Origin: Mesotaenium endlicherianum
Lineage: Eukaryota
Length of the DNA: 64,000 nt
Assembly (NCBI GenBank): GCA_009602735.1
Contig: WELA01000805.1
Coordinates: 1-64,000, forward strand
Direction of reading: 5' to 3'
Positions 23,769 to 37,089 of the stretch are shown here, piece by piece; position 1 is the stretch's first letter, and the number at the start of each line of letters is the position of its first letter. The position numbers and the translations under genes were made by a program. The notes below the pieces were generated by a model that searched no databases, was not told the DNA's origin, and was given only the letters and a program-made list of their open reading frames with translations.

Positions 23769-26564
23769 ATGTCGATTATTTCTAGCCCTACTAGGCAAGT
23801 CAATATGTCCGACAAAGAAAACTACAGCCCTTCGCCAGAAGAGTCGCCTAGTGATGAGAGTTCTGAGGCTGAGTTCTGGTCATCAAAGAAGAAAGTTAAA
23901 TTACTGACTGCCAGTACCGATGGAAGGTCTCCAGAAATGCGTACGCCACTACAGGCTGTTGTAGATACTAATGAGAACGTGATAAAGAAGCCGCGGTCTA
24001 GGCGAAACTTTCGCTCGATTGCCTCTGCAAACAAGGATGCTGAGGAGTACCTCAGCAACAAGGAGATTACCAGACTGTTCCAATCTGTGGTCAAACCGGA
24101 AAGGAGAAAAATGGGGGGATGTTCTCAGAGAAATGACCAGCTGATGGTGCTTCCAAAGGCCACTAATCGGTAAGCTGTATTAATACTGGATAGTTAAGCA
24201 CGCATACAAATGTGGGCAGGAGAGCAGAATGACTGGATTACTTCAGGTAGACCTATTTTGAGATCTTATATGTCCAGTTGCACAAAACTTATACATGAAC
24301 CCAATGGCACTCGAGCTATTTGTCTGTGGCACTTGTTGACAGCGGAGACGTGTACATCATTGACAGTTGACCTGGCACATTTTTGACACATGATTTGTCC
24401 TGTTTGAGTGGTATGGGCTGGGTGGTGTAACCAATATTATTTCCAGCCTAGCTGCTCTGGCCAGCATTGAGGCTGGTAAGCCCGGCACACCACAACAACT
24501 CTTAAAGCCCCAGTGACCACTGATTGAGCTTTTTCTCATGGCATATTGGTTATTCTAAGGCATAAACTCGTACCGAGCATTCTGACAGATCTTCATTGTT
24601 ATTCAGCGATGTCAGTGACACACCTGTATAAGATGAACACTATGTTGGGGGAGTGCAGGGACTTGGCGAAAGAGATGTGAGCAAGAGCAGCTTGAGGTCA
24701 GAGGACTATGCACAACTTTTAGATTGTTTTGCTGCATTCTGTCTGGTGTTTAAGCTGCCAGTGCCTGGTCTAATCTTGTCCACTGACGCTTGGTGCTGAT
24801 GACAGCTAATCAAGAAGGAGGACCCCAAAAAAGCCTCGCGTATTCTTGCAAACAGGAGGGTATGTTGTCTACAAGCATCTGCTATTAAACCTTTGCACCT
24901 GCCCTAGTTCAAGTCAATTATATATAACAATCTCTGCTTCTAAGATGCGAGGTCAATGGAGACAGGACGACTACTAACTGATGAACTAGTGAATGCAGTC
25001 TGCCCAACGATCCCGCAATAGACGTCTGGAGCAAATTGCAGCCCTAGAGGTTGAGGTACGACTCCACTTCTACAAAAGTGGATGTTACAGTTCTTGTTGA
25101 TTATTTTTAGTAGTAACACAGGTACAGATATGAAATAGCAGGCATATGTACGATCATACTTCAGGAGGAGATGTGGTCTGTCCCATGACCCCTTCCTCGC
25201 TACATCATTTAACACGTGGTCTTGAACAGGTTGCAGAGCTGAAGGAAGAACTAGGCACTCTACGCAAGCAGTTCAAAAAAGTCAATGTAAGCACGAAACC
25301 CCCCTCCCTGTCCTGCCAAAAATTGTATTGTTTCATCCATACGTTGGACCTTAGTCCAGAGGCTGATCATGAAGGCTAGGTGCATATAGGCAATGGATTA
25401 ACCGGAAAAAGAGAGCGTATCAAGACCGGAACCATATTCACCTACACGACCCCTTCCCATCTTAAGTAATCGTAATATAATAAAGCAACATTATCATCTG
25501 ATTTCACCAGTATGAAGTCCTCGACTACTGCGGTGCTTGCAGAGGGACTTGATGAAAGAGGAAGATAAGTGCCAACGTCAAGATCAGGAGCTGGATGCTG
25601 CCTATCATGAGCTGCAATTGAAGGAAAAGCTCATAGCAGTAAGCTACTTGCCACATTGACCTACTTGTACGTGGCTCATGGTAGCCGCTAAAATGGTCTC
25701 AAGCTGCACGCTTCAGAAATCACAAAAGAGATTCCAGCGCAATGACGTTCAAGTAGAGACTCCTTTATCTTTTTCGCAGGAAAAAACCCCCTAAATTTGG
25801 TGCTTCCAACCTCAGCATTCATGTCCTTCACACCTTATTTGATATGTAGTAAGCATCAAATTTACCATTTTGCCCCCCCATACGGATTTGGAAGAGAACT
25901 AGTCATCGTTCATGATTATGACAACACTTTCAAAAACGACCGTGCTTAGTGTGCTCTTTACACTAGCTGATAGAGGTCAGAAACAAGGGACAGTGAGGTG
26001 AATAAGCACCAAGTGCTTCTTTGACCTCAGTCAATGCTTGCAAGTGAGGAGATGGCACTGTGCTGTTCGTTTGCTCCTGACAGTTTTCGGTAAGTGCTTT
26101 CATGTCTGGTCGTACAGATGCTCCAGGCTGCCATGTCTGAGATGGGGGGGGGCGCTGCACAAGATGATACACCTACGAAAAGCACGCACAACCTGCTAGC
26201 AATAGAGGGTCCTCCTGGACATGCTGAGCCCGAAGAAAGCCGTGGAGAAGGGCAGATTGTACCTGTCTCAGCTTGCACCACCCCGACTCTACGTGCTCCA
26301 TATGTGGTCCCAGCGAGCGCAGATCGTAACCACACTCCTTGCCACAACTTCTTTGGCCCCCTGAAGACTTCACCTGGCCTAGAGCTCCCCAGCCCTTTTG
26401 GTTCGACGTCCCTTACTCTGGGCAGTATTCCTTATCGAGGCCACATGGAGGGTGACAATGATATGGAAGACCACAACGCCGGCATCACAACGGACACGGT
26501 AGACGTCATGGCTGCCTTTGCAACACCCGTGCGCCACAGAGGACATCTAGCACTCTCGGAGTAG
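23769..26564 (+). CDS. bZIP transcription factor (basic region resembles plant group E/I)
   Basis: Exons 23769-24169, a short exon from 24607, 24806-24859, 24999-25055, 25230-25286, 25543-25638, 26118-26564 splice to DPKKASRILANRR-SAQRSRNRRLEQIAALEVE-VAELKEELGTL, i.e. N-x7-R-x9-L plus a heptad zipper. Confidence 0.8.
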
Positions 26565-27964
26565 GTACAGGTGAAAATGACCACCTTAAGTCTCCTGATC
26601 GGGTGAAGAAGGAATTAATAGACGTACCTCGAACGGACCTATGCTTGCAGCTGAGTCCCAGGTATCGTGAGGAAATAAGTACAAACATTTTAGCCCAGAG
26701 TGAATATTTTCTTGCAGAAATTGTATATCCCAACAATCTGTCTACCTTTGCGAGCGGCACTATTTGAGAATTTACTCTCATAAATGTTTATTAGAAGGCA
26801 ATGTATGAATTAGAGGTGATAGTGCACAGGGCTTGCAACAAGATGTAGCTGGTGTACCACTACAGGTGCGATATTATACGAACAGTTGAGCAACGCTTGA
26901 AGGCAGGAAGTGGATGTAGATTATCTCTACTCTGTTACCATAAAGCCGCAGAAGCAAGTATCCCAAGATGAATCATTGAATGTTGAGCAGCAAGACGAGA
27001 CTGGAAGAAAAGGAATAGCAGATGCAGGTACTTAAAAGAACCAGAAAATGCCCCCTCTCGAAGGCTGGTTGTTGGTTGCTTCTCTGAGATTTCCTTTCAA
27101 TGGTGTCATTAGGAACCACATAATTCACCACCCATTGGTTCCAAGTAATCTATTGCCCGAACAATATATTGCCCAAATGAACAAATGCCTCACTGCACAA
27201 TGCCGGAACACTATTCAGAAGCTTAGCATCTAGCTTTACTACAAGCCATACTCTCGCCAGCTGCATATTGGTGGGTGGGCGATGGGGGACAAATGGGTCC
27301 GGACTAAACGTTCACCTGGCCGGTCCCCGAGGCTTGGACAAACCCACTTGGAAACTCATTGGTGGGATTCGATCTTCAAATGCATGATCGTAGGCGCCAT
27401 CTTAAACGACAGGGCTGATGCGTTTGGCGGTCACAGTCGTCGACGACGTTGTATGCGGCTTTTTTCGACGCCGATGCGCTTGTACACGGACACAGAGCTG
27501 GCGTTTGATGCTGGGCATGCTGTCGTTCGACCGCGACGTCCGATTGACCATTTCAAGCAATTTTAGGAAATCCACATTTACGGCTGCAATTACATGAATG
27601 TACATGGAGTATCACATGCGGAACTTTGCTAGCGATTCTAGTGGGGTTCGTTGACCGCCATTTGACCGTGAAGTAATCAAACTGGCCATCCTTTTCCGAC
27701 CCCGACTGTCATAAGACACTCCTTTCATGAGCAACTTCAAGGGAAGAACTCGTTAACACGTAGTGGAAAGCCGAACATGTAGACAAGATCCTAATTATGC
27801 CTGCTTAAGAGTCTACTAGACATTCTTTCCCGCGGAATATCTTTTCATCATTAGAAACACCGGATGATGTGCATACAGCAGCAAGCTTAGTTGCAATTTT
27901 AAAGAGAACTTCTCTTTGCAGACTGCCTGTGTTTTGTGCGTAGTCAATACAAGATTGGATAGTT

Positions 27965-30900
27965 ATGATGGAGTCTGAGGTAGATGTAGATATACTTCCT
28001 GCAGTCTTTAATGCTGTTTCAGCGTTGGCTCCTCGTATGACTGTTGGGGACGTTATGCTTCGAGATCCCTCTGCAGTGCCTGATCCTTCAGCCCTGCGTC
28101 AGCAACTCGTTGCCATTGCCCATGCCACAGGTGGCCATCTCGAAACAGCTCAAGGAGAGGTGAGCTGTAATTTTTATATTATTGGGTGTCCACCTGTGTT
28201 CTACTTTTTCAGGCCTGAGAATAGTCGTCGCTTTACGGTGTCAAGATGCTTTTCGCATCTAATCGCTTGGTACTACTGTTCTTGCTCCCGATCTTTCATC
28301 ACGTCTCTATCCCTTACGAGCCCGTCACTTTCATGCCCCATGTTAGCAGGTTGTGTATGTCTACCCAAGGTCGCCCCAGATGGCATTCAGGCACAGCTCC
28401 AGGAGAGCGAGACGAAGGGCTCTATTGCGAAGAGTCTGGCATTTCACGGGCATCACAGTCCGGATTGCCTTCGGTGTGTTCCTGTTTGGCTCTATACTCC
28501 TGGCAATCGCAGCTATAACTGTCATCGTCATTCTCGCCCTCTCACAGGTATGCTGACAAGTCCTGTCACTTTCACTGTGACGGAAATTTAACTCTTCATG
28601 TCCTTATTCTTCTATAATTTCAGTGCCTGCCATGGCTTCTGCCTGCACTTATCCGACTGAAAGTGCGACGAACATGCTTGACGCTTTCTTGCTGAAAAGT
28701 ATATTTTATGACTGACCCTGCTTGACTTCCTGATTACTTCCACGAGACCTCCTTGGGCAATCCTACATTAAAGTCGTCTTCAGCAATCTCACGGCAGCTC
28801 ATGACTGAGTTGATAAATATCCTTTCACAGCAACGCAATGCTCTCTCTTTCTTACTAATTTAAAGACAGTTGAGCCAATCGATCAAGCTTCCCGGTTGGC
28901 AGGGGTCGAGGTTGTGCCTGCTTTGTTGACGAAATAGCTCTGCATGACATGATGAACTACTCAGCTGAAAATTATCCATTGCCTTTTTCTTCCCTTTATT
29001 TGGAGCATTACCAAGGGGCCTCCGCAGAATGGCAACAACCCTCACTTTCACTTTCAGAGCAAAAATGCTTTCACTTTACTTTGCTGGCCTCTATGCCATT
29101 GTGCCACATGTCATAACTGAGGGGGCTCCTAACGGTGAGCAGCGGCGAGGAGGGCATGGAGGAGGTGGACCTCTGCTCCCCATACACACTGGTGGGGGTG
29201 GGGGTGGGGGCGGAGGAGGTGGAGGAGGTGGCCCAGGGTTCCACCCACAGTATCTCTATGGCGCCAACTCATGTGCGTCATTCCCCTGTGCCTAGTAGTT
29301 GCTCACCTCACTGGCTTCAATGTCCTGCAGAGAGAAGCATTAACAACCTCGTATTCCTCTCCTCAATGACAGCAGACATGTTGCTACTTGTGGCCTGTGG
29401 GTTTGTAAGCTGGCTTCTTGCGTAGTTTGGCTGAGGTGCGCAGAGGCCTTGGTTGCCTGCAGGCATAGAGAGAGAGGGACGAGCTCTGGGGAGCATTAGC
29501 ACCATAACTAAGTAGCCCACCATTTTGTCAGCAAGTTGCATGAGTGGTGACGACAGCGTGCGGACTTTTTCACTTACCGGATTCATTCCCGTGAATTGAT
29601 TTCCACGGACTCCATGGAGATGCATCACTTTTTTTTTCTCTCATGGCTGCTGCTTCTGATATCGAGCTCATGTATGGAGCTCCAGTAAGGGTCTCAGGGC
29701 TCTTAGAGAGTGTTTAGGAGACTGTTGGCAAGCATGGTGTACGAGAGGCGAGGTGAGGCACCTGATAAGTTGTAGGAGAAGAGGGTGGATGGTGCAGGGA
29801 GGGACATGTGGCTGCTGATGTACATGATGGAGAACCACGAGCTCCGGCGGAGGAACCGCTTTATGGAAGACCAAGGTGCGCCCCCTTGCATGGCATGGCG
29901 TTTGGTGCTTTTATAGCATCTGCATGACATCTCAAAAATCTCTCTCGCCAAAGCGGCACCTGCCTGTCACTCCGCTTGGTGTCTCAGATGCGACATGCTG
30001 GTGCTGGTGGTCTGAGTGGTTGTCCTGCTCACACCAGCTGCACGTCGGCATCAACGTGCCAGTTGGGTGTGGCCGTACATGAGCCGCTTGTTTGAGCCGT
30101 TCCTGCTGGCATCATCTCGCGTCCTGAGCAGTCCCTGCGGACTGGCATGCTCAACACGCAACAAGTATATACCTGGCGCATATCCTGTGACGGCATGCGT
30201 CGGTGTCATACAAGCAGTAGAGAAATACTGGAACTTGTTGTAGGCTCGTCTTATTTACCATTGGCCCATTGGCCCAGGACTGTCATCGTCGCCAGCTAGC
30301 GTCTCAGCTCACTGGCTCATGCTATGGTCCTCCATGTGCTGCAGATCCCTACCACATACCTGAGCCAGTGAAGCCACAGGGAGGCCCAGGAGGGGGAGGG
30401 GGTGGGGGAGGGGGGCCTCCTGGCGGTGACGGTGGAGGACCGGGGCACGGCCCTTCTCCAGGAATGAGAGTTGCTGACGTCAACAGCAGCATGGATGACC
30501 CGGCAGCCCCCGAGGAGGACCTGAGCTTGATAGGTGTGTGGGAGCCCCTGCGCTCTCCATGGTTGTCCGTTCCCTCTTTCTGCTCCTCGTTACTCTTCGG
30601 CTTTGTCCTGGGGGGTTCTAGTTTCTCCCTGACTGTCAGGTTCTGGGCATGTCCTTGGCGTGCTCAGTGATGCAGTCGGCCTCCTCCTTGAAGACAAGGA
30701 GACAAGGCCAGGGCTTGGGGTTTCGTGGTCTTGAGAGGGTGATCACGCCTCAGGCTTGTTTTGCGAGCTACAGACAGTCAGCGGAGGGTTGAGGAACAGG
30801 GCTCAGCCTGAGCGGCAGTGTGCGGCGTTCTTGGCCTGTTCTTTCTTAGCGCTTTTCCAGGAGCCCATAAGCAAAAGGAGAAGGGCAGCAGTCCGTGACC

Positions 30901-33900
30901 AGTAGCAGTCTGGGGAGGAGTTGGGTCTTTGTTCAGCGCCCCAGCAAGCCCGACCTCAGTCCAGTCAGCATCGCAGTCAGACTTGACAGCTGTGCACTTT
31001 GGGTCTGGCTCTTCTGCATGTGCTGATGGTGAGAGGCTCGCGTGGCTTGGCGGGCAGAAGAGCGTCAGAGATACGGAGCAGGCAGGCTTGTGTAGAATTC
31101 AACTCGGCGCATGTCGCGTGCTGACTGTGCTGTCCTCTGCTCTGCTGTGCTGTGTTTTCTATCGTGTGACTTTTTATCTTTTTTTGTGTCATCTGCTTGG
31201 CGAGTAGAGGCCGTGTTTGCCTTTGTGTTTGGACGCGGTGACGCCAACGCTGACCTCGACAAGCGGCGCTGGCGTGCAATTGGTCAGCCCCCCTCCCCCA
31301 TCCCGTCGCCCTTTCTCTGCCACCTGCTTTGGACGCGTCCGCTTGCATTCTGGCGAGCTGCCACCCTGCAATGAAGTATATGTACATGGTGGAAGGCTTG
31401 GCTTTGCACGTGCTGCATGAGGGGACGCTTTTGATATTTCTTGATCTTGAGCTCCTTCTCACGCCCTCCTCCCAAACGACAGTCTGGTTTGCTGGTTGTC
31501 TAACGGCTCAAAACCGTTGCTCTCGTCGGCTAAGTGCGGCAGTGTGCTGCTGGGCTGGTCACGTTGATCATTGTCTGCTGCTAATCTCAAGCAGAGTTGA
31601 AGTCTATACCGGGAGTAGCAGGGGGAAGAGGTGGATTTTGCAGTTTCTGCTCCTACTGGGTAGCCTGAGCAAGTGAAGGCGGTAGGGTCCCGTGACTGTG
31701 CTCTCAGATGCTGACCAGGTGCACCATTGCCACTTGTACGCCTTCACGTGTGCGGCGGGGGTGCCAGGGCTGCTGCTGCGACAAAACAAGGGCGCTGTGT
31801 ATGCGGAGCAAGTGGCGCCGTTTTTGGACACCTGGCTGCTGCAGGGGGAGGAGCAGCAAAGCAGCAGCAGCTCCTGGTGGGACCGTTTGTGGCCAATCAA
31901 TAGGCGCCAGCAGGACCAACCCCACGACCCCTCCCGCATGCACGAAGGGTGCGTGCTGCTTCCCCGTCTGCCACACGTCGCTTATTGCTCACCTGTTGGC
32001 CTGGTCTCTTTGAGGCCTTCTGTATTTTAGGAGGGTCAGTGGAGCATTTCAACGCGTCCTTGGACCAGACTAACCCGTGACTTTTGACGGCCAACTCTTG
32101 CTGTGCCTCGGGGGATGTGGCTACAAGCGGGAAAATATTATGTGCTACTTTTGAACAGGAAGGGGAGATGGGAGGATAGCCCTCATGTCCCCTCGTCCAC
32201 CACACACTGTCTTAATCTCTTACGCGTGGTGGTCTCTTCCTTTTGAAATCCTCCTGGTTTTGTGCCCTGCCTTCATCTGGCTCACCACTATAGTCAACCA
32301 CTTTAAGCCTTTCATGCATATGCTTACATCGTTATCTTCTTTGTCCTATTCTACCGGATGTGCCAGGCACACAAGTGCTTGGCATAATATTTGCAAGCAG
32401 TGCTACTGTGTTGTAAGCCAGAACCGATTACAACGGGCTTAGAGCTGCATGAGGATGCGATCAACCGCCTCGGCCAGCACTGGGACAGTGGTGGGCGTGG
32501 CAGCTGCCCCGTCTGTGGACAATGCGTCTTACACTGGGCGGGGGGCGCGCGTGTGGCACCTGACAGGTACATGCTGGCTGTGCTGAAGCGATTTGGGGGC
32601 CACGCGGAGTCGAACAACGAGGGGCGGCTGGTGTATGTGTTCCCCCACCTGCAGGTCACGGCCGCCGCCGCCGTGGCATCGCCCGGGGAGGCCAGCAGCT
32701 CCACCGCTGCTAGCACCTCGAGGTAAGCTGCCGCACAGCGCGCTCCTGCGCCGCTGCGCTCTTGCTACCAAGCCAATGCACTGGCTTCCCTTCCACCAGG
32801 TGCATAGCTGAGCGAGCCAGGCAGCCAGCCAGACCGGCAGTCAGCCTGCCTATCCAGGGCAGGCGTACTTTCTCGTCTACTTCTGGAGTGTACGCATGCT
32901 GATAGGTGCTTGTGCACAGCGCGTACACGTGCAGCTGAAGCAACTACTCTGACTGAGTGCGGGACGCTTTTAATCTCTGTCTCTCACGCGCAAAGTTTGG
33001 AGCACGTGGACGTCTTACGGGTTTGGGTGGAGGTTGTTAAAATTATGTACCCACGAGCGCCTGTTGTGGCATCGGGCGTGAGCGCTGTTGTGTTGTTTTG
33101 TGTATCTGTCACTGAGTATCAGCCAAAGGTGATGTACGCTTTGTGTTTGTGCGTGCCCCATGCCGCAGGGATGCGCTAGAGCCGGATGTCACGGCGCCAC
33201 CACCTGTCCCCCCGCCCATATACGAGAGGCTGCAGCCGCTCAGTGACGGCGGCAACAAGCAAGCGCACGTCATCGGGCTGGGCATGGCCAACGGTGTGGG
33301 CGCTTTCCTCCTCCCTGAACATTGCCTGCTGCTGGCCTGGGGCGTCCTCCTTCTTCTGCCTTACTTAAAACTTGAGACCTCACTCCTCAACCTCGGAACA
33401 AGCCTGTCTGCCTACCTGTGCCTCTTGCCGTCTTGAATCTTGTGCATGTTACTGCTTCTCCAGAGAGTTCGTCGTCCTTATCTTTGCCCTCGTCGCGCTC
33501 TTTGCCCTCCTTGCCACCCTCGCTTTTTCCTGCTCCTCCTCATCCCACCTCAGCCCAACTTCGCGTTCACCCGGGCCTGCAGTAGTTTCCTGCCTCTCTA
33601 GTCGTAACATGTAGTTTTGAGGCATGCAGGGTAAAGGATACACCCTACAGGCTGCGAGAATGCTTTAAGTAAGTGCAGGCGTGTTGCTCATGGATTCCAT
33701 TTCTTTTGGATCGTGTACGTGGTTGGATAAAGAGGTCTAAAAAGGGTCTCACTCACATATGCATATTACTGTCTGCGAAGGGCCCACTCCGCGTTGCGCC
33801 CTACCTCTGGCTTTGAGCGCCACCTTCACGCTCGCGCCTCAGTCCCCAGAGCTGCACCTTTCGCCTCCTCCATCAGCTCCCACCCTACCCTGGCGGCCTT

Positions 33901-34759
33901 TCGCAGCACACTCAGCCAGCTCCCGCTTGCGGCCCCTGCGTGCGCCACGCGCGGGCGTGGTGGTGCTGGTGCTGACGCCGGTGCCGGTGCTCGTGGTGGC
34001 GGTGCAGTGATCCTGCTGCTCCTATTCCGGCGCATCGGAGGCCTCAAGTATGGCCAGGGCCTCACGGCGCAGCAGATCCTGGAGAGCGACCGCGAGATTG
34101 GCGTGCTGCTGCTGCTGCTCTCCTACGTGCCCGCTCTGCTGGCGTGGCTCTTCAAGCCCCTGCTCTTCTACGCCGTCACCTTCTTCGCTGTGAGCCGGCC
34201 TCCCCCCCCCCGCTTGCCGCCCGCACGCAAGCGCGTGCACGCACGCCTTGCTCTTGCAGCTTGAGTGCTGCTCCCAATGCCCTGGTGGTCCTTTTATCTC
34301 GTCTTTTATCTTGCGAGCATGCAATGTCTGTTTCTTACACCTCATTTCTCTGAGACCCTCCATGGGGGTTCCGCCAGTGGTTGATTGTCTGCACCTTATT
34401 AGTTGATATAGTTCTAGCTGGCTTCGTGGAGGAGGCGCGGATGTGTGCCCAAGCTCAAGAGCTGCCCTTTGTCCACAACAGGCCACGTAGTGATCTTGAA
34501 GTGCAGCCTTGAGCCAGCGGTGAAGCAGGGCTCTATTGTTATGATTTTTCCTCAAGGAATATGCGTCGTTGCTATGATTGTGCAGGTGCCAGCTGCACGA
34601 TATGTGATCAACATGCAGCGTAATAGAGTGATCACGAGACGCAATAGCGTGCGAAGCGCGCGTGCCACAGAAGCCGCCATTGCTGCACAAGCTGCTGCTG
34701 AATCTAAAGCTGAACAAGCCCGTGCCCACCAGCAGTTTTCAGTCATTGTGGAGGCTTGA
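27965..34759 (+). CDS. At5g03900-like uncharacterised membrane protein (plant/cyanobacterial family)
   Basis: Exons 27965-28159, 28350-28547, ~29122-29272, 29798-29875, 30345-30533, 31208-31282, 31768-31948, 32567-32722, 33169-33293, 34008-34189, 34586-34759; motifs RMTVGDV, GGHLE..GEVVYVYP, RIAFG..L..SI, EAVFAFVFG.GD.N...RW..IG, APFLD, YML.VL.RF.G....EG.LVYVFP.LQ.TA, VIGLG.AN. Family recognised from memory, not by search. Confidence 0.8.
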
Positions 34760-35793
34760 TCAAGAGACGGAAGTACACAGAGGCATATAATGTAACTGAT
34801 TGATGTACAGAAGATGATGTGCTATGTGTTATGTTTGGGACTTCTGCATAACATGGGAGGTGTTTTCATGTTCATCTTGTGGCTGTCGATATGCTTGTAC
34901 ATTCTTTGCTCCTTTGATTGCCTTCTTGTTGAGATTGAACTTTTTTCCTGTAGGTAATCTACAAGTTACTACACAGATTTCTTGCATGCTTGCACTTGTT
35001 TTCGTAATATTTATACTATTGCCCAGTTTTAATAATGACAGCCTGGAGAATGTTTTTAACATCCGAAGGACATTCACTAGCTGATTTGATGTGATGATCA
35101 AATCGGGTTGGTGGAAGGAGACTCACAAGCTAAGTGTCAACCTTGTCTTTCATCTCATCGTTGTAAAGCCAACTTATAACAAGCCTAATATGTCCAAGTT
35201 AGCGAGGGGATTGTGCACAGTCAAAACTCCATTCACATTACATGTCAAAGTTTCTTCAAACATTTGTTTGTCTAGACTGGTAAAACTAGACTGCCACTTT
35301 TTTTTGCAGTGCACGATATAACATTAATAAGTCAATTAATCGTCTGCGGTCATGTTCCAGATTGTCAAAGATACCTTGTAGGGCGGGTGAAACAATATCT
35401 GGAGCCAAAGAATTGAGCCTAAACCTTGATATTTTAAGATGTTTTTGGCCTTTGGTTTTTTTCCAAAGGATCTTACTCCTTCTCTGATTGCTTTGTAGCT
35501 GCATATTTGCTCGCTCAGTTCAGAATCATTGTAGGTGAAATTCACACGAGTTCTTGTTACTGTAGAGCAATTTCATCTATTTACACATTGAAGACATCGC
35601 TTGGGGATACGACGTGCCTTCCTCAAGAGTCAAGCTTGTATGTGTGCCGTGCCTTCCTCAAGAGTCAAGCTTCTATGTGTATCGCATTATACTATGAAAA
35701 GAGACATTCAATTAATGTCTAACGGTGTTATATTTTGTTAGATTGTGCACCTCCACAAGCGTGTGCAAGTTCAATTTCTACTGTTCAAACCCA

Positions 35794-36930
35794 TGTCGTG
35801 CGTTACGAGGTCGAGTGCGCACCATAGGCATAAGCAACACATCATAGGCAAGCAGGCTTTGCTGCAATGGAGTCTATAATACATGTGGCGTTATAGCCAA
35901 AAAGGGAGTCAAGTCGAAAATGTTTTAATTAAGGAATGTGTACTCTCCAGAGTGAGCACCTCAAGACTGTAATCTGGTAGGAAAACAACTAATGAAGTAT
36001 GGCCCAAAAGATCACTGGAAGCACATCATGATCTTCAGAGTAGTCCTATGGCAAGGGCTTAAGCTGTGACTTTGCTCACCACTTGTGAAGTTCTTCAAGT
36101 GACTGGAAGCCTGGAGGGCTTGCTCTTCACAAGAGAGTAACTAAGTGGTCCTGAAAACACAAGAGATAAAAGTGTAAGCTTTACTGATAATCTCTGTTAC
36201 TTACACCTGGCATAATGGACTTCTAAAAGATGTCTCTTCTAGGGACATCTCTAGTACTTATACTCCTGGAAATCCGGCGGGGTGTGCGGCGGATCCAATG
36301 CATGTAGTCACTCTAGGAGGCTCTCCTATGTCCACTAATGTGTACAAGGCATGTACTAGCACTCTTATAGGCTAAGCATAACTCAAACCAATCAAAGCAA
36401 GGTGCGTAGGATATGCAACGTGGTCCTTATTGGCCGAGCTTACCTTGGGTGATTCTACCTAGATAGCGCCTCAAAAGTGGATCTGGAAATTGAGGAAGCT
36501 TCCTCTAGGAGTAGGTGATGCAGTCACCAAGTTATAGCCTCAATGATGCACATATACTATGGAAATGCAAAGCTTATGTAGGCTAAGGGGCTCGCGGATT
36601 TGTGCGCACAAAGCTTGGGGTCACGAAGAGCCAACAATGTCACCGTTGGGGACATTGAGTCACAAATTAGGCCTTGGGAAAGTTCCGCTAGGGACCGGTA
36701 GGTGACGCGGACTAGATCGCACCTATCTTGCTCGATACTTGACCAAATGACGCGAAATTGGTGTCATTCGGAAGATGCTTCGACGCGCTACACGTTGGTG
36801 ACTTGGAAATCTAGAAAAGGTCAACATACGGATGCGTAAAGTCAATGCAAAGTCGGCCTTCCTAGGTTGATGTTCTGCGCATGGGGAGCTTGGTTTTTAT
36901 ACGACAACCTCGACTCAATAAACCATGACA
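35794..36930 (-). repeat. 3' terminal repeat unit B2+A2 (1137 bp)
   Basis: 35931-36930 matches 45400-46399; 35794-35930 matches 36933-37069; the whole unit matches solo copy 62212-63357 in reverse. Confidence 0.95.
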
Positions 36931-36932
36931 GC

Positions 36933-37069
36933 TGTCGTGCGTTACGAGGTCGAGTGCGCACCATAGGCATAAGCAACACATCATAGGCAAGCAGGCTTTG
37001 CTGCAATGGAGTCTATATTACATGTGGCGTTGTAACCAAAAAGGGAGTCAAGTCGAAAATGTTTTAATT
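36933..37069 (-). repeat. repeat A1 (137 bp), preceded in sense by a G8 tract
   Basis: 3 mismatches versus 35794-35930; C8 run at 37070-37077 on the + strand. Confidence 0.95.
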
Positions 37070-37089
37070 CCCCCCCCAGCTCTCAGCCT

